NCBI RefSeq assembly: GCF_006345805.1
Contig: NC_042997.1
Coordinates: forward strand, 200,818,001 to 200,882,000
Direction of reading: 5' to 3'
DNA from: Octopus sinensis
Lineage: Eukaryota
Length of the DNA stretch: 64,000 bases
In this document: piece after piece, positions 38,331-50,989 of the stretch
How the letters are laid out: each line of letters starts with the position of its first letter
Position numbering within the stretch: position 1 is the first letter of the stretch
Notes under the pieces: model-generated
What the model was told of the DNA's origin: nothing
What the model saw: the letters and a program-made list of their open reading frames with translations, nothing else
The model's database searches: none
Translations under genes and position numbers: made by a program

Positions 38331-39704
38331 GCCTTTTGCACAGCAGCTTGATTTTAGTGTGTGTACAGATACGTCTGTGTGTCAGCGTATGCCCCACCCC
38401 CATCCCCACCCCCATCCCCACCCCCACCACTGCTTGGCAACTGGTGCTGGTATGTTTATATTTCCATAACTTAGTGGTTCGGCATAAAAGATCAATAGAA
38501 TGAGCAACAAGTTTTAAGTACTGGGATCGATTCATTCAACTAAAATTTGTCAAGGCAGTGCCCCAGAATGGCCACAGTCCAATGACTGAAACAAGTAAAA
38601 AAAATAAATGATAATTTATGCTGAGTTAAGAAACAAGCTTCAGTTGTTTCAAGCAGCCAAGTTAAAGCCATTTGGAAGTAATATCTGATTAATAGATACC
38701 GAAACTAGTGTTTTATAGTTTGTATGCTTTATTTACCTCATATCTTAATAACTTATCAACAGTAAAGAAAATGTATCCATATCCTAAGTAAATCCCAAGT
38801 TTAGCTCATCTAAAAGTTTATATCTTAAAAGCCATAATAAAAACTCACTTAGACATCCTTAAGGCTAAGAGGAAAAAAAAAAGATTAACTTCGGGAATGT
38901 CTCCAACATCTATTGAAATTTCTAAATAAAGTAGCCAAATTTAAGCAATATATTTACTTCATCTTATCCAGAACATTGCCGTTAACTATTTCTATTGACT
39001 TCTAAATACAAATTCTGACTCTTGTAATGCAATTTATACTGCCAAATCCAAACACGAAATATCTAGACAACCTAACAACTATTTATGATGCAAAACTTCC
39101 AACAAAATTCTTCCTTTTTTTGTCTCTTATTCTTCCTTTCTTTTTTTTTCTTTCCTCTTATTCTAATGGGGAATAAAACTTTTCTATCATTTTATATAAA
39201 TGATCAGATGATTACCTATCAAACCTAATGCATTTTAGCATTTCCAGCAGGAATATCATTACAAATCAACAGCCTATATGGTATCTAATTTATCATGCTG
39301 CTGAAAATATATAGATCTTGATATTAGGAAATATCTGCATTGCTCGGTGATACAGATATGAAACAAAATAATTGGTGTAAAGCAACATGTTGGACGTAAG
39401 ACATTAGCTCTGGTCACAATTAGATGTCAAAGGATCAAGCAAGTAACATGTGTTGAAGGAGCTTATTACAAAACAGAATGAAAGAATTACAGAATAAAAG
39501 GAAGCAGAGAGATGAAAAGAAAAGTCTAAAGGAAGCTGATAAGGTAGCTGTTGACAAGTCAATAGTGTGTGATCAGTTTTGTTACAATAAAAAGTGGGGG
39601 TGGGAGAGTGAGGATGTGGATGCTGGATGACACGTGATTAATCAGTTAATTTATTAATAGACGAAACAGGGAATATGATTTACATATAACATCATATTCT
39701 AATA

Positions 39705-39892
39705 TTCTTTTCTACTCTTGGCACAAGGCCTGAAATTTGTTGGGAGGGGGGGCCAGTCGATTAGATTGACCCCCGTATGCAACTGGCACTTAGTTTATCG
39801 ACCCAAAAAGGAGGAAAGGCAAAGTTGACCTCAGCGGAATTTGAACTCAGAACATAAAGACAGACGAAATATTGCTAAGCATTTCCCCCAGC
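39705..39892 (-). mobile_element. Nin/Deu-like SINE, tail type 1
   Basis: Family match. Confidence 0.83.
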
Positions 39893-40769
39893 ATGTCTTG
39901 GGAGAGTCATTATACCAATATCATTAACACACACACACCGGTTCAATTCCACTCCTTTTCAATTTGAAATACAAAAGATGTGGCATCTTAAAACAAGAAT
40001 TGTTCCTATTATTGTAGGCATGATAAAAAAAAAAGAGATGTCAGAAACATCTATATAAGATCCCAGGAGAATCATGTCTCAGAGAAATCCAATTGGTTAA
40101 ACATCTAACTAACAAATCAATTATTGGTTAAACAGTAAGTCGTTTGTTTTATTTTTTGTTTTTTTTATTCTTTATTATTTCATCTGCTGAAATGCTTTGT
40201 TTTACTTTCTTTAAAGGTTGTCTCTGCTTTGCTTTCATTGTGTTTTGAGGGTCGGTTTATTATATGTATGACTATTTCTATTTTTATTTCCTTCTTTTGT
40301 GGAGTCACAAGTGTTTTGTGTGTGATGGTTTCAGTTATGTTTCCATTAGTCTATGTTAAGTTATATTTTTAAATGCATCCAGTTGTTTTGTGTATTTTTT
40401 GTGTTTAATATTTCAGAGTTGTTCTATCACATTTTTCAGAATTTCGTTATTATTCATTATAGATGCAAGACTGTTTACATTTCATTAACTCTGTCAAGAC
40501 ATAAAAATTAATTTTGGACCAGTGAAATGTGCCAAAGCTATTATGAAAAGCAAATTGATAATTGATTTTAAAAATGAGGCTATTAAATTAGATATAGACA
40601 TTGAAATAAGAGAATTAGACTAGAACCAAATTTGCAAGAACTTATAAGTTGGTAAGGCATATAAAATACAATTTTAAAGAAGAAAATTATAATAAAATAC
40701 AATAGAAGAGACAGACTAATTTTAAAATGTGAACAAAGGCTAGAAATAAAATAATAATTATAAAGAAAT

Positions 40770-41230
40770 TATTATATACAGTGCTCAGGTGCACCACAAC
40801 TTGTCAAAAGTGCGTATAAAGTATATGCAGTAATGTACAAATGTCTGGAAAGCGAACAGTGTATGAGTCAGATACATGCTTGCATGAGTATGGAGGGGAG
40901 AAAATCAGGTGTAGTGTTGGCGAATCTCAGGAAGCATGGAAGGTTTGAAGGATGCAGTGCTCCGACAACTAACAACTGATGCCGGCACTTTGTTCCATGC
41001 TTCAGCAACTCTCAGCGTGAAAAAATATTTCCGAAAGTCATGGGAGCTGTGCTGTTTTCTGACTTTGTAAACATGTCCACAGGTGTTAGACAGGTGGAGT
41101 TTGAAAAGGTGCTCAGGGTTATTGTTTGTAAGATGGTTAATAATTTTATGGGTGTCTGCCAAGTCAGCTGCCAGACGTCAGAGTTTCAATGTATCCATGC
41201 CCGGGGAAGTAAGGTGTTCAGAATATGGCA
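40770..41230 (-). mobile_element. CR1-type LINE 3' fragment with 3' UTR
   Basis: HLPYSEHL...MDTLKL*RLAADLADTHKIIN...CGHVYKVRKQHSSHDFRKYFFTLRVAEAWNKVP. Confidence 0.88.
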
Positions 41231-42299
41231 AATGCCTGATGGAGGGTATTCTTTTATTCTTTTATTTGTTTCAGTCATTTGATTGTGACCATGCTGGAGC
41301 ACTTCCTTCAGTCGAACAAATCGACCCCAGGACTTATTCTTTGTAAGCCGAGTTCTTGTTCTCTCAGTCTCTTTTGCTGAACCACTAAGTTATGGGGATG
41401 TACACCACCCACATCGGTTGTCAAACGATGGTGGGGGTGACAAACACAGATACATAAACATATATATATATATATATATAATATATATATATATTATTAT
41501 ATATATATATATATATATAATATATATGTATATATATATGTGTATACATACATATATATATATATGAGAAAAAATAAGTTCAAAAAGAACAATTCAAACT
41601 TCTTGAAGGATCCAAAAAGAGAGAAAAAATATTTTCCAATACAAAATTCATCATATTCAAACAGCCAGAGCAAGTATTAAGAATATGAAAATAACAATTG
41701 AAAAAATTCGTTATAGGTATAAAGATACCATAAACAAGTGTAAAAAATGGAGAAAATATGTTAAAATCAAAAATTGAATTTAATATAAAATTGAATTCAA
41801 TACATATGCCCGTTTCAAAAGACAATACAAATATTTAAGAAATAATGATAATAATAATAATTATTATAATTAGAGTTATGCATGGTCCTTCTTATCAGTG
41901 TGAGGAATTTTTAGGAAGAACATTAAAAAAGTTATTAATAAAACTCAATAACGAAAAACAGGTGGGGTAATAGGGAAAAATTAAACCGGATATCTAGAAA
42001 CATGTTGTAAAAGGGAAAAATAATAATAAGAGAGACGAAAAAGAAAGACATATCAATGTCTTTCTTATGTCTGCAAAATAGGAGCTGCCAACACTTTTTT
42101 CTGCAATATAGGGGTAGCTTATCCTGTTCAGAATATATTATTAGCATTATCCTGCGTTTGAGAATTTAAAATCACTTCTTTAACTTTCTAAGACATCTCA
42201 ACGCTTCTAAAGCAAACTTTGTTTGTTTGTTTACGTTCATCGTAATTTGAAAATATGATAAAATTGAAGACAGAATTCCATAATGTATAAAAGGAATAA

Positions 42300-42610
42300 T
42301 CATCATCACCATCATCATCATTTAACATCCGCTTTCCATGCTAGCATGGGTTGGATGATTTGACTGAACACTGGCAAGCCAGATGGCTGCACCAGGCTCC
42401 AATCTGATCTGGCAGAGTTTCTACAGCTGGATGCCCTTCCTAATGCCAACCACTCCAAGAGTGAAGTGGGTGCTTTTACGTGCCAACAGCACGAGGGCCA
42501 GTTTGGCAGTACGTGCAATGGCCACGCTTGAAATGGTGTTTTTTACGTGCCACCTGCACAGGAGCCAGTCCAGCGACACAGGCAACAACCTCGCTTGAAT
42601 GTTTTGTTCG
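42300..42610 (-). mobile_element. RTE-type 3' end, units c-d
   Basis: Family match. Confidence 0.85.
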
Positions 42611-42899
42611 CGTGAATGAACTGAAAAAATAATGAATAGAAAAAACACCCCAATCCACAGAGTCAGCATCAATGTTTACTGTGTGCACCTTAAAAGGGTT
42701 AGGAAGTGATGCAAATGTTTGCTGAAGAAGATGCATGACAATGATGCAGCCACAGGCATCAAAAGGTTAAATCAAATAATCTATGCAACATTCACTGTAG
42801 TCACAAAAAAGAAATAAGGTGAGTTCAACTCAAGTACTGGAACTAAAAAGTCAATACTCAGATAGAGATCTCAATTTCTTATAACTAAAACGTTGCCTG

Positions 42900-43070
42900 A
42901 AGGAGGTGGGGAAACTTAGAAGTTTGGAATTTTGGTAAATTTGATGAAAGCAAAGCCAGATCTATTCGATAGGGTTGCTTCTGATAGGACCCAATGGAAG
43001 ATGTGCTTGAGGACTCTGCAACACAAACCCTCCCAGGAATAAGAGGGTGAACAAGATGAGATGAAAAAGC
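42900..43070 (+). mobile_element. Old LINE ORF C-terminus relic (RTE-like)
   Basis: DLFDRVASDRTQWKMCL resembles the A.DR..W terminal motif. Confidence 0.35.
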
Positions 43071-43245
43071 AAAGCCAATAACAATTGGAGCATTGTGTAT
43101 GATAAAGGATAACATGAGCAACAGCATAAAAGTAAAATTTATCAGCTGCAGGATATTATTGAACACAGCTCAGGAACAAGAAGGTGCAGATGGTAGTGAA
43201 GTAGAAGCATGCATAAAGTTGCTGGAAATATGATGATAATAACTA

Positions 43246-43386
43246 TTTACATTATTTACATTTGCTGGATATATGTCCTCATCTTGTATGTTGTTAACAT
43301 AATATTTTGGCTGATGTAATCTCCAGCCTTCATCAGGTGTCCTGGGGGAATTTCACACTTAGGTTCTGATTCCTAAGGTATTTTTC
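43246..43386 (-). mobile_element. Solo PLE pLTR (family 1) with decayed hammerhead (43296-43341)
   Basis: CUGAUGA and stem II are intact; GAAACGUU has become AAAAUAUU. Confidence 0.8.
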
Positions 43387-43652
43387 CACCACCACCACAA
43401 AATAGATAAAAATATCACAACCTTAAAATATTAATTTCAGTGAATTTGAAACTGTCTTATGGTTGGTAAAAAAAATGGGAGAGATTTAGGGACAGTGACA
43501 GGAAATTTAAATTATTGACTGAAGCTGTTAGACATTCCTGATATTTATGAAAAATTTCTTTGTTTGGCACAGTAAGAAGCATAAGAATGGTATGAGATAT
43601 TTAGTGGTGAAGAATGCAACTTGCTATGTAACAATCATATGATTGTGATCAC

Positions 43653-46600
43653 GAAGGAGAGGGGGAGAAGAGCTGGATGAGGAAGAGGAGAAGAGCTGGA
43701 TGAGGAGGAGGGGGAGGGGGAGAAGAGCTGGATGAGGAGGAAGAAAAGAGCTGGATGAGAAGGAGGAGAAGAGCTGGATGAGGAGGAGGAGAAGAACTGG
43801 ATGAGGAGGAAGAGAAGAGCTAGATGAGAAGAGCTGGATGGGGAGGAGGAGAAGATCTGGATGGGGAGGAGGGGAAGAGCTGGATGAAGAGGGGAAGAGC
43901 TGGATGAGGAGGAAGAGAAGAGCTGGATGGGGAGGAGGAGAAGATCTGGATGGGGAGGAGGAGAAGAGCTGGATGAGGAGGAGGAGAAGAGCTGGATGAG
44001 GAGGGGAAGAGCTGGATGAGGAGGAAGAGAAGAGCTGGATGAGAAGAGCTGGATGGGGAGGAGGAGAAGATCTGGATGGGGAGGAGGAGAAGAGCTGGAT
44101 GAGGAGGAGGAGAAGAGCTGGATGAGAAGGAGGAGAAGAGCTGGATGAGGAGGAGGAGAAGATCTGGATGAGGAGGAGGAGAAGAGCTGGATGAGAAGAG
44201 CTGGATGGGGAGGAGGAGAAGATCTGGATGAGGAGGAGAAGATCTGGATGGGGAGGAGGAGAAGAGCTCGATGAGGAGGAGGAGAAGAGCTGGGTGAGGA
44301 GGAGGAGAAGAGCTGGATGAGGAGGAGAAGAGCTGGATGAGAAGAGCTGGATGTGGAGGAGGAGAAGATCTGGATGGGGAGGAGGAGAAGAGCTGGATGA
44401 GAAGGAGAAGAAGAGCTGGGTGAGGAGGAGGAGAAGAGCTGGATGAGAAGGAGGAGAAGAGCTGGATGGGGAGGGGGAGAAGAGCTGGATGAGGAGGAGG
44501 AGAAGAGCTGGATGAGGAGGGGAGAAGAGCTGGATGAGGAGGAAGAGAAGAGATGGATGAGGAGGAGGAGAAGAGCTGAATGAGGAGGAGGAGAAGAGCT
44601 GGATGAGGAATGGAGAAGAGCTGGATGAGGAGGAGGAGAAGAGCTGGATGAGGAGGAGGAGAAGAGCTGGATGAGGAGAAGGAGAAGATCTGGATGGGGA
44701 GGAGGAGAAGAGCTGGATGGGGAGGAGGAGAAGAGCTGGATGGGGAGGAGGAGAAGAGCTGGATGAGGAGGAGGAGAAGAGCTGGATGAGGAGGAGGAGA
44801 AGAGCTGGATGAGGAGGGGGAGAAGAGCTGGATGAGGAGGAGGAGAAGAGCTGGATGAGGAGGAGGAGAAGAGCTGGATGAGGAATGGGGAAGAGCTGGA
44901 TGAGGAGGAGGAGAAGAGCTGGATGAGGAGGGGGAGAAGAGCTGGATGAGGAGGAAGAGAAGAGCTGGATGAGGAGGAGGAGGAAGAGCTGGATGAGGAG
45001 GAGAAGATCTGGATGAGGAGGAGGAGAAGAGCTGGATGAGGAGGAGAAGATCTGGATGAGGTGGAGGAGAAGAGCTGGATGAGGAGGAGGAGAAGATCTG
45101 GATGGGGAGGAGGAGAAGGGCTGGATGGGGAGGAGGAGAAGAGATGGATGGGGAGGAGGAGAAGAGCTGGATGAGAAGAGCTGGATGAGGAGGAGAAGAG
45201 TTTGATGAGAAGAGCTGGAGGAGGAGGAGAAGAGCTTGATGAGGAGGAGGAGAAGAGCTTGATGAGGAAGAGGAGAAGAGCTGGATGGGAGGGGGAGAAG
45301 AGCTGGATGAGGAGGAGGAGAAGAGCTGGATGAGGAGGAGGAGAAGAGCTGGATGAGGAGGGGGAGAAGAGCTGGATGAGGGGGGGGAAGAAGAGCTGGA
45401 TGGGGAGGGGGAGAAGAGCTGGATGGGGGGAAGGGGAGAAGAGCTGGATGAGGAGGAGGAGAAGAGCTTGATGAGGAGGAGAAGAGCTTGATGAGGAGGA
45501 GAAGAGCTGGATGAGGAGGAGGAGAAGAGCTGGATGGGGAGGAGGAGAAGAGCTGGATGAGGAGGGGGAGAAGAGCTGGATGAGGAGGAGGAGAAGAGCT
45601 GGATGAGGAGGAGGAGAAGAGCTGGATGAGGAGGGGGAGAAGAGCTGGATGAGGAGGAGGAGAAGAGCTGGATGAGGAGGAAGAGAAAAGCTGGATGAGG
45701 AGGAGGAGAAGAGCTGGATGAGGAGGAGAAGAGCTGGATGGGGAGGAGGAGAAGATCTCGATGAGGAGGAGGAGAAGAGCTGGATGAGGAGGAGGAGAAG
45801 ATCTGGATGGGGAGGAGAAGAACTGGATGGGGAGGAGGAGAAGAGATGGATGGGGAGGAGGAGAAGAGCTGGATGGGGAGGAGGAGAAGATCTGGATGAG
45901 GAGGAGGAGAAGAGCTGGATGAGAAGAGCTGGATGAGGAGGAGGAGAAGATCTGGATGGGGAGGAGAAGAACTGGATGGGGAGGAGGAGAAGAGATGGAT
46001 GGGGAGGAGGAGAAGAGCTGGATGAGGAGAAGAGCTGGATGAGGAGGAGGAGAAGAGCTGGATGAGAAGGAGGAGAAGAGCTGGATGGGGAGGAGGAGAA
46101 GAGCTGGATGAGGAGGGGGAGAAGAGCTGGATTAGGGAGGGAGGAGAAGAGCTGGATGAGGAGGAGGAGAAAGAGCGGAGGAGAGATGGGAGAGAGGGGA
46201 GAAGAGTGGATGAGGAGAGGAGAAAGTGGATGCGGAGAGGAAGAGAGGAAGAGAAAAGCTGGATGAGGAGGAGGAGAAGAGCTGGATGAGGAGGAGAAGA
46301 GCTGGATGGGGAGGAGGAGAAGATCTGGATGAGGAGGAGGAGAAGAGCTGGATGAGAAGATCTGGATGAGGAGGAGGAGAAGATCTGGATGGGGAGGAGG
46401 AAAACTGGATGGGGAGGAGGAGAAGAGATGGATGGGGAGGAGGAGAAGAGCTGGATGGGGAGGAGGAGAAGATCTGGATGAGGAGAAGAAGAGCTGGATG
46501 AGAAGAGCTGGATGAGGAGGAGGAGAAGATCTGGATGGGGAGGAGAAGAACTGGATGGGGAGGAGAGAGACGAGATGGGGGGAGGAGGAGAAGAGCTGGA

Positions 46601-46860
46601 TTGAGGAGAAGAGCTGGATGAGGAGGAGGAGAAGAGCTGGATGAGGAGGAGGAGAAGAGCTGGATGAGGAGGAGGAGAAGAGCTGTATGAGGAGGGGGAG
46701 AAGAGCTGGATGAGGAGGAGGAGAAGAGCTGGATGAGGAGGGGGAGAAGAGCTGGATGGGGAGGAGGAGAAGAGCTGGATGGGGAGGAGGAGAAGAGCTG
46801 GATGAGGAGGAGGAGAAGAGCTGGATGGGGAGGAGGAGGAGAAGAAGGAAGGGAGGCAGA
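43653..46860. repeat. 3.2-kb polypurine satellite, basic unit ~23 bp GAGGAGGAGGAGAAGAGCTGGAT, with variants and higher-order blocks
   Basis: Seen directly; pyrimidines are almost confined to the CT..AT motif. Confidence 0.97.
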
Positions 46861-48461
46861 AGAAATATATTTTGGGTTGAATAACAACATGGATGATCAA
46901 ATATGTAATGTAAAAAGGAAAGAAAAAAATTACTCAATAGCATAACCAAATTCAGGAGCGAAATCAACACACCACGGAGATAAGTTGATCGTGATGATTT
47001 TTGAATCCTCACTATATACATCTAATGCTTTTATCGTGTTTTCCTGATATTGATTACACATAAAATACTGTTTACAATAACAAATAATCATATCAATAAC
47101 TCAATGTGATTGTATCAATCATGTAACAATGGGACAAACGAACGAAGAGAAAAATAAAACAAGACAAACTCAAAACAAAAACTCACAACTTACAATGAGT
47201 TAACAATACAAACAGTAATAGAATCAATAGACCTGACAGGCCAGTGTTTATAAGTAACACTGACTGTGACCATGTTAAGAAGCATATAAAACATAAGGGT
47301 CAAAAGTGTTGCCCCCTTATAAATATTATTAAAACCTGCCTCCTGAGAGAAGAAAAAAATGCATCCATTTGCCCCATTTCCCTCCTTCTCTCTGTCATTA
47401 TGTCACCAAAATAAAACAAAAAGGAAATGATAAACTCAAGAACGATGTCTGAAGAGGAAACATGCAGATATTTCATTGCATTTTCTGCCCAATACACACA
47501 GACATGAATGTTTTTACATTATTTACATTCGACGGATATTTGTCCTCATTTTGTTTGTTGTTAACAGAATGTTTCGGCTGATATACTCTCCAGCCTTCAT
47601 CAGGTATCTTGGGGAAATTTCAAACAGTTCACAACAGAAAAGGGAAAAGACATTCAGCTTGCTTTCCTGAACATATTAATAACATGCACCAAATATGGAT
47701 TCAGGACATCTGTATACCACAAGCTGACCTTCACTGGACAATACCTCAACTTCAATTCCCACCATCCATACAGTGTAAAGAGAGGGATTGCTCAGTGCCT
47801 AAAACATCATGCAAAGAATATAAGTAGCGATCATGATACACACCACAAAGAAATGATCAAGCTCAATAACAATCTATTAAGCAACATCTAACCCCAAAAC
47901 ATACTATCCACTCCAATTATGAAGAAAAGAGCGGATAAAACCAATAAACTGTCCACAGTCTGTCTACCCTATGTGAAAGGCCTCTCCGAAAAGATACAAA
48001 AGATATGCAGCCCATATGATATCAGGACAGTATTCAAGAGTAATACAACACTTTGCAAATATCTCCTTTGAGAAAAAATCACCAATAGAAGAGAATATGA
48101 CTAAGAACTGTGTGTACTCCATCCCATGCAGCTGTGGTAGGTTTATACAAAGGCGAAACATGCTGCCACTCAAAATAAGGGTAGATGAACATTGCAAGGC
48201 TGTGGCATGAAAAGATATTGATAAATCAGGTATAGTTGATCATGTATGGAAAAATGGAGATCACCTCCCTCTGTGGGATGAAGTTAAAGTAATGGACAGA
48301 GAACACCAATGGAAAAATATGGAAACTAAAAGAAGCAATGTATATGCTAGGACACAACAACCTCCTAAGCAGACTATGAGTAGAATATGGGAATTGGTAT
48401 TAAGGAAGGATAGGAAAATATTAGACTTATAAGCCCTAAAATTCACTCCATAATTGCCCAC

Positions 48462-48535
48462 GGGCATATGGCGTAGTGGTTAAGAGCGCAGGCTTCTAAC
48501 CCCAACATCCTGATTTCAATTCCAGCAAGTGACCT
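48462..48535 (+). ncRNA. tRNA-like Pol III head inside the PLE 3' region (not a functional tRNA)
   Basis: A-box TGGCGTAGTGG (48469-48479), degenerate B-box GATTTCAATTCC (48512-48523), broken anticodon stem. Confidence 0.6.
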
Positions 48536-48605
48536 GAATATTAATAATAATAATAACATTGAAAAATACCTTAGGAATGAGAACTAAGGTTCGAAATTTC
48601 GCGAA

Positions 48606-48651
48606 GACACCTGATGAAGGCTGGATGGTATATCAGCCAAAACATTGTGTT
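48606..48651 (+). ncRNA. Decayed minimal hammerhead motif (sister copy on - at 47563-47608)
   Basis: GACAC CUGAUGA A GGCUG..CAGCC AAAAC AUU GUGUU: G12 and the GUU cleavage triplet are mutated. Confidence 0.7.
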
Positions 48652-49691
48652 AACAACAAAAAAGATGAGGACAAATATCCGTCAAATGTAAATAATGTAA
48701 ATAGTGTACATAATTCCTTATCTCTTAAATATAAAACTATAAATGTTTTTGATTTCAGGGACAAGGCCAATAATCGTAAGTAGAAGGGTTAGTCAAGGTC
48801 ATTGACCCTAGTATTCAACTGGTATTTATTGTATTGACACTGGAAAGATAAAAGGTAAGGTTGACTTCCATGGGATTTGAAAACAGAATATAAAGAGCCA
48901 GAAGTACTGTATGACATCTTGTTGAATGCTCTAAGGATTCTGCCAGGTCATTGGTCTGACACATGCTAGCATGATACATAGGAATAAAGAGAGTGTGTGA
49001 CAGGCGGAGAATCCTTATAAATATTGCACTGAAGTCAATGAGAGAGCCTCTATGTTGTTATGTGGCCTGCTGGAAATATTAGACAAACTTCCTGTCAAAT
49101 AACTTTGCTAAACACAAAGCAATGTGTAGAAGCTTCCGGTGCAAAACTGAAAATAAAGAGTAAAATCATAGCTGTGATAGTTTGCTCAAACCTGACCTCA
49201 ATGTAAAAGTAAAGAAGAAAGGAAAACCTAGAAACTCTGATAGCTATTTAAATATCTTATGACCAAACGATTCCCTGGATCCACGTCAAAATGCTGTCAA
49301 ATGACAAGGACCTGAAAATAGAAATGTTATTAATCACTATTTGGGCATTGCAATTGTAAGGTTGGTGGGGCTGGAAGTATAGGGTCAGTGACATCAAGTG
49401 AATGGTTGAGGGGCCTTGCCAGAAGGATAGGATCAAGGGAGGTCATCTGAGCAAAAGGATGACTAGCATGAGTCTCTTTTGCTTTGGGGCTGGTGCTTGT
49501 GATGGATGTGAGGGCCATGTGGGTTCAGAAGATTTGCCACTTGGTTCTGGCCAGAAGTCAGGAGGGTAGAAAACTCTTGGATATATTCCTTCTGGAAAAG
49601 ATCGACATTATGAGAGGACCCATGAGGTCAGTAAGATACATTTTTCCCTATCAAAAACCTGAATATCAAACTGTCTCACAGCTTTATAAGT

Positions 49692-50086
49692 GCAGGAGTG
49701 TCTGTGTGGTAAGTAGCTTGCTTACCAACCACATGGTCCCGGGTTCAGTCCCACTGCATGGCACCTTGGGCAAGTGTTTTCTACTATAGCCTCGGGCCGA
49801 CCAAAGCCTTGTGAGCGGATTTGGTAGACAAAAACTGAAAGAAGCCCATCGTATGCATGTACATGTATATATATATATATATATGTGTGTGTGTTTGTGT
49901 GTCTGTGTTTGTCCCCCCAACATCGCTTGACAACCGCTGCTGGTGTGTTTACATCTCCGTAACTTAGCAGTTCGGCAAAAGAGACTGATAGAATAAGTTC
50001 TAGGCTTAAGTCATGGGATTGATTTGCTTGACTAAAGGCAGTGCTCCAGCATAGCCACAGTCAAGTGACTGAAACAAATGAAAGAA
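49692..50086 (+). mobile_element. CORE-like composite SINE, full length
   Basis: Family match. Confidence 0.88.
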
Positions 50087-50559
50087 TCCAAAATATAGGC
50101 ATACAATACAAAACCCATGTTCTTAAGAAGTCACTTTCAATTCAGCAGCACATTTTACAAAGCACATTTGTATGCACTTACCTCTCTATACAATAAACTA
50201 GACCAACACTAAAGCTAAAATTGTGGTATAATGAACATAGACTCAGACACAGGGGGTGCACAGGTGCCAGTACAACCCCTCAAATTTTGGGTGGGTAATG
50301 AAACTGCCTTTGGAAATCCTCCTGAAAATCTGCGTTTTCACCCCCTAAGCAAATTCCATTCTTACAATTATTACTAATAAAATATGGCAAGATATTGAAA
50401 TGAATGTCAACAGTACCAGGACAAACCAAAATGTGTATTTGCAGCAAAGTGTATTCTTCCTCTGGTCTTTTCGTATAGGAATACCAAAGTCTAACGAAAC
50501 AATGAAAGAAACAAAGAAAGAGAAGACAAGAGTAAATCAATGAAATTTATAATGAAAAC

Positions 50560-50900
50560 ATATAAGTGAAGGAAGATAAAACAGACAAATAATGTAAAAA
50601 TATAGCAAAACAAAAAAAATTCTCTGAATCAAAGAACACATGAAATGAAAGAACCTCACAAAATTGCAAAGAATCTGCCATTTTGAAAATCAGCAATGTT
50701 TCTTTGAAGAAAATGAGGAGCTGGATTCCAACCAATAATGGTTTTGTCAAGAACTTGATAAAAATAAAGGAGAAATCAATGCAATATCAACGACATGTGA
50801 TGTAGAGGAGTTCTGGGAAGAATTAGAAAAAGGTAAGGGATTGTTATGAATAGCTTTATTGAAACAAAAGAAATGCAACATCGAAGGAGGATCATAACAT
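50560..50900 (+). mobile_element. Possible R4/Dong relic (region upstream of the RT)
   Basis: NQQCFFEENEELDSNQ*WFCQEL...DVEEFWEEL resembles the N..F..NQK.FY..L....V..FW motif. Confidence 0.35.
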
Positions 50901-50989
50901 TACTAAATTAGAAATAACTGGTATAAGAAGGAAATTATAAAATCCTCGATTTCTGTGGGAAATATTAAACAAACCACTCATATAGATGT

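Larger units (their letters stand above)
47513..48701 (+). mobile_element. 5'-truncated Penelope-like element with inverted 5' pLTR, RT thumb, GIY-YIG and 3' pLTR
   Basis: FRTSVYHKLTFTGQYLNFNSHHPYSVKRGI; CLPYVKGLSEKIQKI; KNCVYSIPCSCG; DHVWKNGDHLPLWDEVKVMDRE; pLTR inverted at 47513-47625 and direct at ~48560-48701. Confidence 0.92.

Noticed and set aside
39216-39300. Minus-strand exon with good splice signals
   Set aside because: Stops in all three frames. It shows that such signals arise by chance here.
43653-43700. Origin of the satellite from the RTE-tail 9-mer AGCTGGATG
   Set aside because: A shared 9-mer is too short, and the flanks show no RTE sequence.
43635-47021. 1128-aa and 1026-aa minus-strand ORFs
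   Set aside because: They are translations of the GA satellite. The absence of stops follows from base composition, two frames are equally open, and there is no domain.
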